This document shows, in pieces, positions 10,064 to 18,249 of a DNA stretch of 64,000 nucleotides. A program made the position numbers and the translations under genes. This stretch comes from an uncultured Thermoplasmata archaeon (GTDB taxonomy: Archaea; Thermoplasmatota; Thermoplasmata; Lutacidiplasmatales; UBA184). Location: contig CAVZDD010000004.1 of NCBI GenBank assembly GCA_963773945.1, positions 40,795 through 104,794 of the forward strand, given 5' to 3'. Positions within the stretch are counted from its first letter, which is position 1; every line of letters begins with the position of its first letter. Below the pieces are notes generated by a model. It worked only from the letters and a program-made list of their open reading frames with translations. It did not search any database and was not told the origin of the DNA.

Positions 10064-10381
10064 TCACTCGACCCAGGTCATCTGACATTTCGGGCAGTAA
10101 TGGTCCTCGAGGGGCGTCCCGCACAGGAAGCACGTCGCCGACGGGGCGGCCGGGGCGAGTGGACCGGGGATCGGAGTCGTCGTGGGCAAGGGGGGCGGCG
10201 GGCTCGAGGGTTCGGGCTTCGGGTCCGGAGGCTCGGGGCCGGGGCCCGGAGCCGGCGGAACAACGGACGGCTCGCCCGAGGCGGGGTCGATCGGTTTCTC
10301 GACCGGCGGCGCGGGCTCGGCCGCTGGGGTGGCCGTTTCGTCCTTCTTCTCCTTGCGGAATCGCCGGAACAGGAAGACCAT
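10064..10381 (-). CDS. proline-rich small protein with C-terminal zinc ribbon
   Basis: 105-aa ORF. It has a basic N-terminus, a long Pro-rich linker and a C-terminal 'CFLCGTPLEDHYCPKCQ'. Confidence 0.45.
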   Translation of the reverse strand: MVFLFRRFRKEKKDETATPAAEPAPPVEKPIDPASGEPSVVPPAPGPGPEPPDPKPEPSSPPPPLPTTTPIPGPLAPAAPSATCFLCGTPLEDHYCPKCQMTWVE

Positions 10382-10501
10382 TCACCCCCGCGACGCCCGG
10401 CGGAACTTTACACTTCCGTTGCCGGTCGGGCGGACCGCGTTTCGCTCGAACGTTTGAATTGCCGGCATAGCCTTTTGCACGCTACCGGATTGCCGCCCGC
10501 C

Positions 10502-10972
10502 GTGAGCGGAACGCCGACCGAGCGACTGAAGGAACTGGGCCTCGTCCTGCCTCCTCCTCCCAAGCCCGCCGGGACGTACTCGTCTGTAGTGGTCGATGGC
10601 CAGCATGCATGGGTGTCCGGCCAGATCGTGCTCGAGGGGGGCGCGATCCTGCATCCGGGACTGGTGGATCGGGACGTGTCGCCCGACCTCGCGAAGGAAG
10701 TAGCCCGAGGCGCTGCGCTCCAGGCCCTCAGCGCCCTCGCTGCCACGCTCGGGTCCCTCGACCGGGTTCGCCGTATCGTCCGGGTGGCCGTCTATGTCGC
10801 CTCGGTCCCGACCTTCCTACGCCACCACGAGGTGGGAAACGGCGCGACGGAAGTGTTGACCGCCATCTTTGGCGAGTCCGGCCGTCCGGCGCGCGTAGCG
10901 ATGGGAGTCGCGGCCCTGCCGCTCAACGCCCCCGTGGAAGTGGAAATGGTCGTGGCGCTCACCGAGGCTTGA
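10502..10972 (+). CDS. RidA/YjgF/L-PSP family protein
   Basis: The conserved region starts at in-frame GTG 10502 ('VSGTPTERLKELGLVLP...'). 'GQIVLEGG', 'RVAVYVAS' and 'PARVAMGVAALPLNAPVEVE' are typical RidA elements. The upstream part of ORF 9956.. looks like non-coding translation. Confidence 0.75.
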   Translation: MSGTPTERLKELGLVLPPPPKPAGTYSSVVVDGQHAWVSGQIVLEGGAILHPGLVDRDVSPDLAKEVARGAALQALSALAATLGSLDRVRRIVRVAVYVASVPTFLRHHEVGNGATEVLTAIFGESGRPARVAMGVAALPLNAPVEVEMVVALTEA

Positions 10973-11640
10973 CGAGACCGTTGCCGCAATCGGAGTGGCC
11001 CGGGGTCTTTCGTCGCGGCCGGGAGTTGTACACCCGGAACCTCCGGCCCGGGGAACGGGTCTACGGGGAGGAACTCATCGTCGAAGACGGGGTCGAGTAC
11101 CGGCACTGGGACCCATGGCGCTCGAAACTGGCGGCGTACCTGTTGAACGGTGCCTCGCGACTGCCGTTCGAACATCCCCGACGGGTGCTCTATCTGGGAG
11201 CGGCCCACGGCACGACGATCAGCCATCTCTCAGACCTGCTGCCCGACGCCCAGTTGTTCGGGATCGAGAAGAGCGGCGGGTCCTTCGGCGCTTTCCTCGC
11301 GCTCTCCCACCGCCGGCCCAACCTCTACCCGATCCTGGCGGACGCCCAACTCCCCGAGCGATACCAGGCGGATGTGGGCCCCATCGATTTCCTCTATCAG
11401 GACATCGCCCAGCGGAACCAGGCCGACGTGTTCGCCGAGAATGCGACGGCGTGCCTCGCTGCTGCGGGGAGCGCCCTCCTCATGCTCAAGGTCCGGTCGG
11501 TCACACAGCGGCGATCGGTAGCCGCCGTGGTCACCGAGACTCGGTCTTCCCTCACTCGCCAGGGCCTGCGGGTCGTGGACCAGCGGACCCTCGCCCCGTT
11601 CTCCCGTGACCACGTCGCGCTGGCCGTCTCCCGAGCTTAA
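10969..11640 (+). CDS. flpA: fibrillarin-like rRNA/tRNA 2'-O-methyltransferase
   Basis: 'LYTRNLRPGERVYGEELI', 'YRHWDPWRSKLAAYLL', 'VLYLGAAHGTTISHLSD' and 'FLYQDIAQRNQADV' match archaeal fibrillarin. The start is uncertain: TTG 10969 overlaps the RidA stop, and TTG 10981 is the alternative. Confidence 0.8.
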   Translation: MTRPLPQSEWPGVFRRGRELYTRNLRPGERVYGEELIVEDGVEYRHWDPWRSKLAAYLLNGASRLPFEHPRRVLYLGAAHGTTISHLSDLLPDAQLFGIEKSGGSFGAFLALSHRRPNLYPILADAQLPERYQADVGPIDFLYQDIAQRNQADVFAENATACLAAAGSALLMLKVRSVTQRRSVAAVVTETRSSLTRQGLRVVDQRTLAPFSRDHVALAVSRA

Positions 11641-13301
11641 TCATCCCCCACCGTTCATCGGCGGCTTCCGGGGAAAATACCCCCGGCCCGGTCCGACCTC
11701 GGGTGGTCATCTGCCGCGAAAGCGTCGAGCCGCGGGGCGCCGGTGGTCGTGGTCGGTCGGGGGAGAAGTCGCGTGCATTCTCGGTGCGAGCTTGGCGGCC
11801 ATCCTCGCCTTGCTCCCCGCTGGACTTATCGTAACGGACGTCGCAGGCGTGTCGACGTTCCCCGTTAGCATTTCGAGTTCCGCCGACCCGGCCGACGTCG
11901 ACCTCCCGTTCGAACTCACCGCCAACGTTCCAGGAGCGGTGGACGGATACCGCTATCAGTGGACGGACAGCCAGGGCGGTTCCGAGGACACGCCTACTTG
12001 GGAGCTAGACGTCGACAACCCCGGCAACCTGAAAGTGACGCTGGTTGTCACAAACCCCGGCGGCGCCCAGGGTACCGCGACGGTGACGGTCTCCATCGTC
12101 CCGCCCCCGACGGTGTACGTAAGTTCGCCCCTCTCCCAGTTCGACGCCGGTGTCCCGGCCCCCTTCTTCCTCGACGTGGTCGGAGGTGTGCCACCCTTCG
12201 CGGCGACCTGGAATGCATCCAGCGGAGGACCGAACGGGAGCGTGGGCCTCCCGCACGATGGGGTTTATTCCGAGGTGGTCACGTTCCCGACTCCAGGGCG
12301 TGCGTGGGTCCGGGCCCAGGTGGTCGACACCCTGGGCGACTTCTCCGGCACGGCAGAATTCACCACCGAAGTAGTGCCGGACGGGTCGATCGCGCTGGCG
12401 ACGAATGGATCGATCGGAGAGGTCGGATGGCCGCTCGGAGCCCTCGTGGTCATCGAGAACGGGGCCCCTCCGTTTCGATGGTCACTCTCCAGTTCCGTCA
12501 CGGTCGCCGCGAGCCCGGGTCCCGTTGGGATCTTCCCATCAGACGGAGTCTATCGATGGAATCTCCTCTTCTCCGCACCGGGGACCGCGTATCTGAACCT
12601 GACCGTGGTCGACACGTTGGGCACCGTGGACTCCGCGATGACGGTCGTCACGATCGCACCGCCCTTGTCGGTCAACGTGACCTCCGCCGGTCGTGATCCG
12701 GCCACGCCGTTCGCCGTCGGAGCCGACGTCGCCGGCGGACTACCACCGTACACGTACCAAATTCAACTATCCGATGGCGAGACGTCCAGCGGCTCCCTCG
12801 TAGCGCCGGGACCCATCGCGGCGACCTTCGATCCCTCCCCCGCGGGGAATTATACCGTCGAGGTCCGGGTCACGGATGCACTAGGCCGGACGTCAATCTG
12901 TACCCAAGATCTCCGGGTTGTAGGAGAATCATCGATTGACCCTCCCCTCGCGGCCAACCTTTCCGTCGAGGGGGGATTGGTCGTGTTGGTTGCCGGCCTC
13001 GTGCTCCTCGGCCTGTATGTCCTCCGCCGGCGACGTACCGGGTACTGCTTCCCCCGGCTCCGTTCCGCCATCGGTCCTTCCGGCGGTACGACAGCTGATG
13101 GAACGATCGCAGATTCTCGATCGCGAGACGCTGCTGCTACTGGGCGAGGAGGCGGGGGAGGCCACCGATGCCGTGGAGGCGGCGCTGCGCACGTTGATTC
13201 GAACCGGGGAGGTAACGACCGAGCCGGGACCCGGGAACGATGAGGTCCTGCGTTGGAGAGGAAACGCGCCCTCCAAAGAACCCCTCGAGGGTCCGCAATG
13301 A
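11606..13301 (+). CDS. secreted PKD/Ig-like repeat surface protein with C-terminal TM anchor and cytoplasmic tail, apparent frameshift
   Basis: Four roughly 90-aa repeats with 'GG(V/L)PP(F/Y)' and '(V/T)VDTLG / VTDALG' motifs. The TM is 'GGLVVLVAGLVLLGLYVL' followed by RRRR. After about 13040-13055 the plausible reading moves to the frame of ORF 12936..13301. That frame ends in TGA 13299-13301, overlapping the next gene's ATG. Confidence 0.65.
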
Positions 13302-13678
13302 GACACCCGCGCAACCTGGGCCGTCCCTTGCTTACCCTACTGGTACTGGCCCTCGTCGTTTCTCTGGTCGTCCCACAGGCCTCAGCACAACCTCCAAGAA
13401 CCTCCGGGATCGCGTCCGACGCATCGAGTACGAACCCGGCGGTTGACAATTTCAGCGCCGCCATCGGTCGACTCGTCACCCTAGCGGCTGCCGCCGGGGG
13501 CGGGCTCCTCTCCTTGGTCTGGGCCCGCGTCGCGCTCAGCTGGTTCTCCCACGATTCCATGAAAAAGGTCCTCGCGAAGGAGCGCGCCCGGGACGCCCTG
13601 ATCGGTACCCTCCTCTTCGTAGGCGCGGTGAGCGGTCTCGTCTGGGCCCTGGCGAACTGGGTCGTGACCGGAACCTGA
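13298..13678 (+). CDS. VirB2/TrbC-like pilin candidate (signal peptide plus two hydrophobic helices)
   Basis: ATG 13298 forms an ATGA overlap with the upstream stop. The signal peptide is 'MRHPRNLGRPLLTLLVLALVVSLVVPQASA'. The mature part has two hydrophobic helices separated by the basic loop 'SWFSHDSMKKVLAKERARD'. The assignment rests on topology only. Confidence 0.5.
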   Translation: MRHPRNLGRPLLTLLVLALVVSLVVPQASAQPPRTSGIASDASSTNPAVDNFSAAIGRLVTLAAAAGGGLLSLVWARVALSWFSHDSMKKVLAKERARDALIGTLLFVGAVSGLVWALANWVVTGT

Positions 13679-13692
13679 CCGGGGGGAGAGCC

Positions 13693-14871
13693 ATGGTCGA
13701 CTGGAATGCCATCGACTGGAACGTCGTGGTCCAGGCGATTCTTTTTGCGCTCTTCACCGCCGGAACGGCGATACTCAACCTCGTGATCCAACCGACCTAT
13801 GACAACCTCATCGTCCCAGAACTTTCAGCTCCGGCGCTCTTTCCCTCGATCGCCCACTCCGGCCCGAATGCAGGGTTCCTATCGGTCGCGATACAGTTCA
13901 GTGACTTCCTGCTCCAGAACCTCGTCGACCCGGCGATTGCCTTGGTCCTGGTGGGTCTCGCGGGTCTCTACCTCTTCCGGTCGTTCTCGAACCGAATCGG
14001 GAGCCGACTCGAACCGTTGCTTCCCCGGTTAGTCATCGCGCTGCTGGGCGCGAATTTCACGCTTCCCCTCGCCGCTTCGGTGTTGGATCTGGGGGGAACG
14101 ACCTTCCGACTAGTCTCGAGCTTCGACGGAGGGGCCTGGCGGCATTGGGCAAACATCCTGCCGGACGGTGGAGCCAGCTTTTCCTGGGATAACGGGGTCC
14201 TCGCCTTCGTGGTCACCTTCGCACTCTTCGCGATGGTGCTGGCGCTGGCCACCGTCGTCGCCCTCCGGGACGCGATGATCGCCGTCTTGCTCGTGCTTCT
14301 CCCCATCTTCACGCTCCTGTGGGCCTTCCCGCCACTTGCGTCGCTCGCTCGGCGGGGGTGGACCCTGCTCGTTGAGCTCGCCTTTCTTCCCGCGGTGATT
14401 CTGATTCCGCTCGAGCTCGCGGTCGGAGCCCCGTCTGTGCTGCTCGTCCTCGCGTATCTGTCGATTGCCGTGGGATCTCCGTATCTCATCTCCATCTCTC
14501 GGACTCAGCTGGGGGGGCTGGGATTTCCCTCGGCCGGAGGAGCTCTCACGGGGGGGCTCCAGCGTGGTCTCACCGTCGCTTCACTGACTACCCAAGGTGG
14601 AGTGAACTCCCTCGCCCCGAGCGTCACCGCTCCCGGGCGGGCGGGTCAGGTGGGCTCCGCGGCTCGGAGTCTGTCGAGTCATCTCGGCAAGGGGCCACTC
14701 CCGGCCGGCCTGGCACTCGGAGCCGGCCAACTCGTGACGCAGGGTTCCCGTCACCTGCTCCAACATCTACGTCAATTCCGGGCCGCCACGACGTCGGTGC
14801 CGGCCCACTCTTCCTGGTCCGTGCGCCCGGAGGGACCTCCGGCCGGCGGAGGTCCCGGGGGTCCGGGGTAG
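13693..14871 (+). CDS. polytopic membrane protein, VirB6/TrbL/CedA-like candidate
   Basis: 392-aa ORF with at least 6 hydrophobic helices and a Gly/Ser/Ala-rich C-terminal tail. It sits between the pilin-like and VirB3/VirB4-like genes. The assignment rests on topology and synteny. Confidence 0.45.
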   Translation: MVDWNAIDWNVVVQAILFALFTAGTAILNLVIQPTYDNLIVPELSAPALFPSIAHSGPNAGFLSVAIQFSDFLLQNLVDPAIALVLVGLAGLYLFRSFSNRIGSRLEPLLPRLVIALLGANFTLPLAASVLDLGGTTFRLVSSFDGGAWRHWANILPDGGASFSWDNGVLAFVVTFALFAMVLALATVVALRDAMIAVLLVLLPIFTLLWAFPPLASLARRGWTLLVELAFLPAVILIPLELAVGAPSVLLVLAYLSIAVGSPYLISISRTQLGGLGFPSAGGALTGGLQRGLTVASLTTQGGVNSLAPSVTAPGRAGQVGSAARSLSSHLGKGPLPAGLALGAGQLVTQGSRHLLQHLRQFRAATTSVPAHSSWSVRPEGPPAGGGPGGPG

Positions 14872-14874
14872 GCC

Positions 14875-15630
14875 ATGGGAATCGGTACCGCGGACCTGGG
14901 GGCTATCCCAATCCTTCAACTGGCCCCACGTCGGCTCCATCTGGGCCCCTTCGGGTCCGGCATGGATCTCGCGAAATTTCTGTGCGTCGCCACCATCGGC
15001 GCCGTCGTGGCCGCGGTCAGCTCCGCCGTGGTCTGGTTGCCCTTTCTCGGCGCCGGGGCGATAGTCGCCTTCGTACGCGTCGAGGGACGCAGCCTCGACC
15101 AGTACGCGGTGGGTTACTGCCGGTTTCGGTGGCGCACCTCCGTCGGGTGGAACCGGGCCCCATCGATCCCTCGCGGTGGTCCCCCTCGCGTCCGAGGAGA
15201 AGGTCACGGGAATCTCTCGGTCCGCGCGGGGGGCATTCCCATTGCCTACCTGCCCCCCGCGGACCTGCAACGACTATTCGAGGAATGGCGCTCGACCCTC
15301 GCGGCGTTCGATCGACCCATCGGCCTCCGGATGAGGGGAGAACGGTTCTCCCCACTCCCCTTTCTGCCCCGCTTCGGTAGTTCCACGGTCGGGGAGAACG
15401 TCGCACTCGCATCGTACTGCGAACTCGTCCGGGCCTTGCTCCGCCAACGATACCGGAGAGTCGTCGACCTCATGATATGGGAGGATCCACTCGAGCGACA
15501 CCCGACGAAGTTGGGTATTGAGTCGGACGTGTCGGAGCTGGTCACCGCCCTGGAACGACTGGGGATTCCGGTCACCCGGGCGACCCGCAATCTCCGGGAC
15601 GGCGGACTCGTCCGAGGGGAAGTTTCTTGA
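14875..15630 (+). CDS. VirB3/PrgI-like membrane protein with soluble C-terminal domain
   Basis: 251-aa ORF starting 3 nt after the upstream stop. An N-terminal hydrophobic hairpin 'FLCVATIGAVVAAVSSAVVWLPFLGAGAIVAF' is followed by 'VRVEGRSLDQY'. This resembles PrgI/VirB3 family proteins, which precede VirB4. Confidence 0.45.
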   Translation: MGIGTADLGAIPILQLAPRRLHLGPFGSGMDLAKFLCVATIGAVVAAVSSAVVWLPFLGAGAIVAFVRVEGRSLDQYAVGYCRFRWRTSVGWNRAPSIPRGGPPRVRGEGHGNLSVRAGGIPIAYLPPADLQRLFEEWRSTLAAFDRPIGLRMRGERFSPLPFLPRFGSSTVGENVALASYCELVRALLRQRYRRVVDLMIWEDPLERHPTKLGIESDVSELVTALERLGIPVTRATRNLRDGGLVRGEVS

Positions 15631-15986
15631 CCGCGGGCTCCCGAGAGCCCCCTGCAGGGGAACTCGACCCCCTTCCCGCCGCCACCATCGGGACGCTACT
15701 CGCTAGCGTGACCTCGTTGGTCTGGCCCGAATTGAATTCGGCGGCCGTAAGCCTGGCCGTCCTGGCAACTTTCGTGGTCTGGGTACGGGCGCTGCACGCG
15801 TTCCGTCGACGGCGCACCTCGGGGTATGCCCCGGGCCGGCTCCTTCCGCTGGCGGCCGTAGGGACGGTGGGCTGGAGCGGAGCCTTCCTGCTCGGTACAA
15901 CGTCTCCGGTCGGCCGGGCATTGCTGCTAGGGGTGGTATCGGTAGGTTTGTGGTTCCTGAGCCGACCGGTCAGCGCCGGAATCTGA
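15627..15986 (+). CDS. small integral membrane protein (about 4 TM)
   Basis: 119-aa ORF. Its TTG start overlaps the upstream TGA (TTGA). It ends 1 nt before the ATPase ATG. Confidence 0.45.
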   Translation: MTAGSREPPAGELDPLPAATIGTLLASVTSLVWPELNSAAVSLAVLATFVVWVRALHAFRRRRTSGYAPGRLLPLAAVGTVGWSGAFLLGTTSPVGRALLLGVVSVGLWFLSRPVSAGI

Positions 15987-15987
15987 C

Positions 15988-17766
15988 ATGGCCGAGCACC
16001 GCAGCCCCCTCAACGCTACGGAGGGCCGGTCGTGGCTGGTCCGCGGCGTCCAGGTCGATGCGCCGGTCGTCGTGACACTCCTCCCTCCTGCCGTGCCGTT
16101 CGGTTTCCTGGGCCGGGTGCTACCGACGACCGAACCGGTGGAGCTCCGGCTCACCTTCCGCAAGCTTTCGAGGACGGACGCGCTCGAAGTGGCCGAAAAG
16201 GCCGCCGCGGTGGCGGAAGCGGACCTCCAGACCCGCGTCAACAGCCCCGGTGCGCGCCCATCCGAACTCCACCACGACGCGGAGAGCGCCCGAGAACTGG
16301 CGGCACGGGTGGCGAGCCGGGACCAGGACCTCTGGCGCGTGGGGCTGAGCTTCCATGCCCGGGCCCGCGGTCGCGGGAAGGCCGAGCGCGCGCGTTCGCA
16401 CCTGACCCATCGGTTGGGAGAGTTGGGTTTTCGGGTGCGGTTGCCGACCTTCGAGACGGGACTCATTCCGGAGGAACCCAATCCGAGTGAACTTTCGCCG
16501 TGCCCGACCGGGTACTGGCACACCCTGGCGACCGACGCGATCGCGGCGCTGTTCCCGTTCGTGGACGAGAGCGTGCACGAACCCGGAGGGATTCTCGTGG
16601 GGTTGCTTCTCGACGACGCGAACCCCGTCTTCCTCAACCGGTGGGCGCATGGAAGCTATTCCTGGGGACTATTCGGAAGCACCGGGGCGGGCAAGTCGTT
16701 CGCCGCGGCCCTTTGGGCCCTTCGCACCCGCTGGAGCCTTCCGGAGACCCAGTTGCTCTTCGTCGACCCGCTGGGAGAATTCGCGCGCTTCACACGGGCC
16801 CTCGGGGGCTCAGTCATCCGCGTCGGTCCGGGGGGTTCCGAGCGGCTAAATCCGTTGGATCCCATTTCCACCGGAGGGGACCGGGCCGCGAAAGCGGGCC
16901 GAGTCGGCACGATGCTCCGGGCCCTGTTTCCCAGTCTCACGGATGCCGAGGGCGCCCTCTTGGACGGACGCTTGAGTCAACTGTACCATCAGGGTCCTAA
17001 GGCCCCGGTTTGGTCCGACCTCCTCGAGACGCTCAACGGCCGACCGGGAGCCGAACGGTTGACCGAACTCCTCGAGGTGTTCCGGCACGGATCCCTCCAG
17101 TACCTCGACGGGCCGACCACCGTATCGCTCGACGGATCCCCGATCACCCTGGATCTCCATGATGTGCCCCCCGAGCAGATGCCGTTCCATCTGACGTACG
17201 CCCTCGATGCGCTCACGGCCCGTCTGCGGGCGGACGATCGTCCGAAGCTCATGGTGGTGGACGAGGCGCACTACCTCCTGCGTCATCCGGCCACGGCCGA
17301 GTTCCTGGATCAACTGGTCCGCCACGTTCGACACTACCATACCGGACTCCTGGTGCTGAGCCAGAATCCGGACGATTTCCTGACCACCGCGGCCGGCCGC
17401 TCCCTGCTTCGGAATCTCCGGGCGACGATTCTCTTGCGCCTCGCGGAGGTTTCGACCGGCACCCAGGATTTCTTTCAACTCACTCCGGCGGAGTCGGAGT
17501 GGCTGCCCCGCGCCCGCTTGCCGGGGGAAGCCGGCTACGCGGAGGCCCTGCTCCGGTTCGGACCAGGCCATCTCCCCATCGCGATTGTCGCTTCCACCCC
17601 CGAATTCGAATGGTTGGCAGGGCTGTTAGGGCAGGGGGGAACCTCGAACGTTCCCGAGGCGGATTCCCTTCGAACGGCACGTTTAAGTCCGCCCGGCCGG
17701 GAAGCCTCGCCCGATGGTGGAGATCGCGGCCGCGACGGAAGAGGGGCCCGCCCGTCGTCGCCGTGA
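15988..17766 (+). CDS. VirB4/TrbE/CedB-type conjugation-family ATPase
   Basis: 592-aa ORF. It has Walker A 'GSTGAGKS', Walker B 'LMVVDEAHYLL' and 'GLLVLSQNPDDF...LLRNLRATILLRL', plus 'ERLNPLDP', as in VirB4/TrbE/TraC ATPases. Confidence 0.75.
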   Translation: MAEHRSPLNATEGRSWLVRGVQVDAPVVVTLLPPAVPFGFLGRVLPTTEPVELRLTFRKLSRTDALEVAEKAAAVAEADLQTRVNSPGARPSELHHDAESARELAARVASRDQDLWRVGLSFHARARGRGKAERARSHLTHRLGELGFRVRLPTFETGLIPEEPNPSELSPCPTGYWHTLATDAIAALFPFVDESVHEPGGILVGLLLDDANPVFLNRWAHGSYSWGLFGSTGAGKSFAAALWALRTRWSLPETQLLFVDPLGEFARFTRALGGSVIRVGPGGSERLNPLDPISTGGDRAAKAGRVGTMLRALFPSLTDAEGALLDGRLSQLYHQGPKAPVWSDLLETLNGRPGAERLTELLEVFRHGSLQYLDGPTTVSLDGSPITLDLHDVPPEQMPFHLTYALDALTARLRADDRPKLMVVDEAHYLLRHPATAEFLDQLVRHVRHYHTGLLVLSQNPDDFLTTAAGRSLLRNLRATILLRLAEVSTGTQDFFQLTPAESEWLPRARLPGEAGYAEALLRFGPGHLPIAIVASTPEFEWLAGLLGQGGTSNVPEADSLRTARLSPPGREASPDGGDRGRDGRGARPSSP

Positions 17767-18229
17767 CTCGTGGAACCTCCGCAACATCGTCGAAGACGTC
17801 ACGGGACGCTCCATCGAAGACCTGCAAGACCCCGGCCGCCCGGCGCACCCGTTCCTGAAGTCGGTTCCTCCATCGAACGCGACGCCTCCGAGCCGACTCA
17901 CCGTAACCCCGTCGGCGCCGGAATCCCCCGCGGACGGGGGCGAATGGGACGACGATCCCGTGGCCCGAGTTCACCCGCCGCTGGTGGGCGAGATGGGCCG
18001 CACTTTTCATGGTGCCGAGCACGAACATCATCAACCCACCCTCGATGAGATGACAACGGCGGCCGAACCGCCGTCCCCCGGCACCCGGCCCCACGCGCCC
18101 GGACCGTCTCGCCGACCCGAGCGCATCTATCTCCACTACCTCTTGCTGCACATGGATCGATTGTCCGATTCCGCGCTGAAGTACCTCCAGCGCCAGGTCG
18201 AAGAGGAAGCGCAGCACCGGCACATCTAG
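17714..18229 (+). CDS. hypothetical acidic protein (last gene of the operon)
   Basis: 171-aa ORF overlapping the ATPase end by 53 nt. It is mostly disordered-looking with a helical C-terminus 'ERIYLHYLLLHMDRLSDSALKYLQRQVEEEAQ'. Confidence 0.4.
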   Translation: MVEIAAATEEGPARRRRDSWNLRNIVEDVTGRSIEDLQDPGRPAHPFLKSVPPSNATPPSRLTVTPSAPESPADGGEWDDDPVARVHPPLVGEMGRTFHGAEHEHHQPTLDEMTTAAEPPSPGTRPHAPGPSRRPERIYLHYLLLHMDRLSDSALKYLQRQVEEEAQHRHI

Positions 18230-18249
18230 CTCGGGGAAGTCGTTCGGAG

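Noticed and set aside
9956-10501. Long N-terminal extension of the RidA ORF (338 aa).
   Set aside because: The region is low complexity and antisense to the 10064..10381 zinc-ribbon ORF. The RidA domain begins at in-frame GTG 10502.
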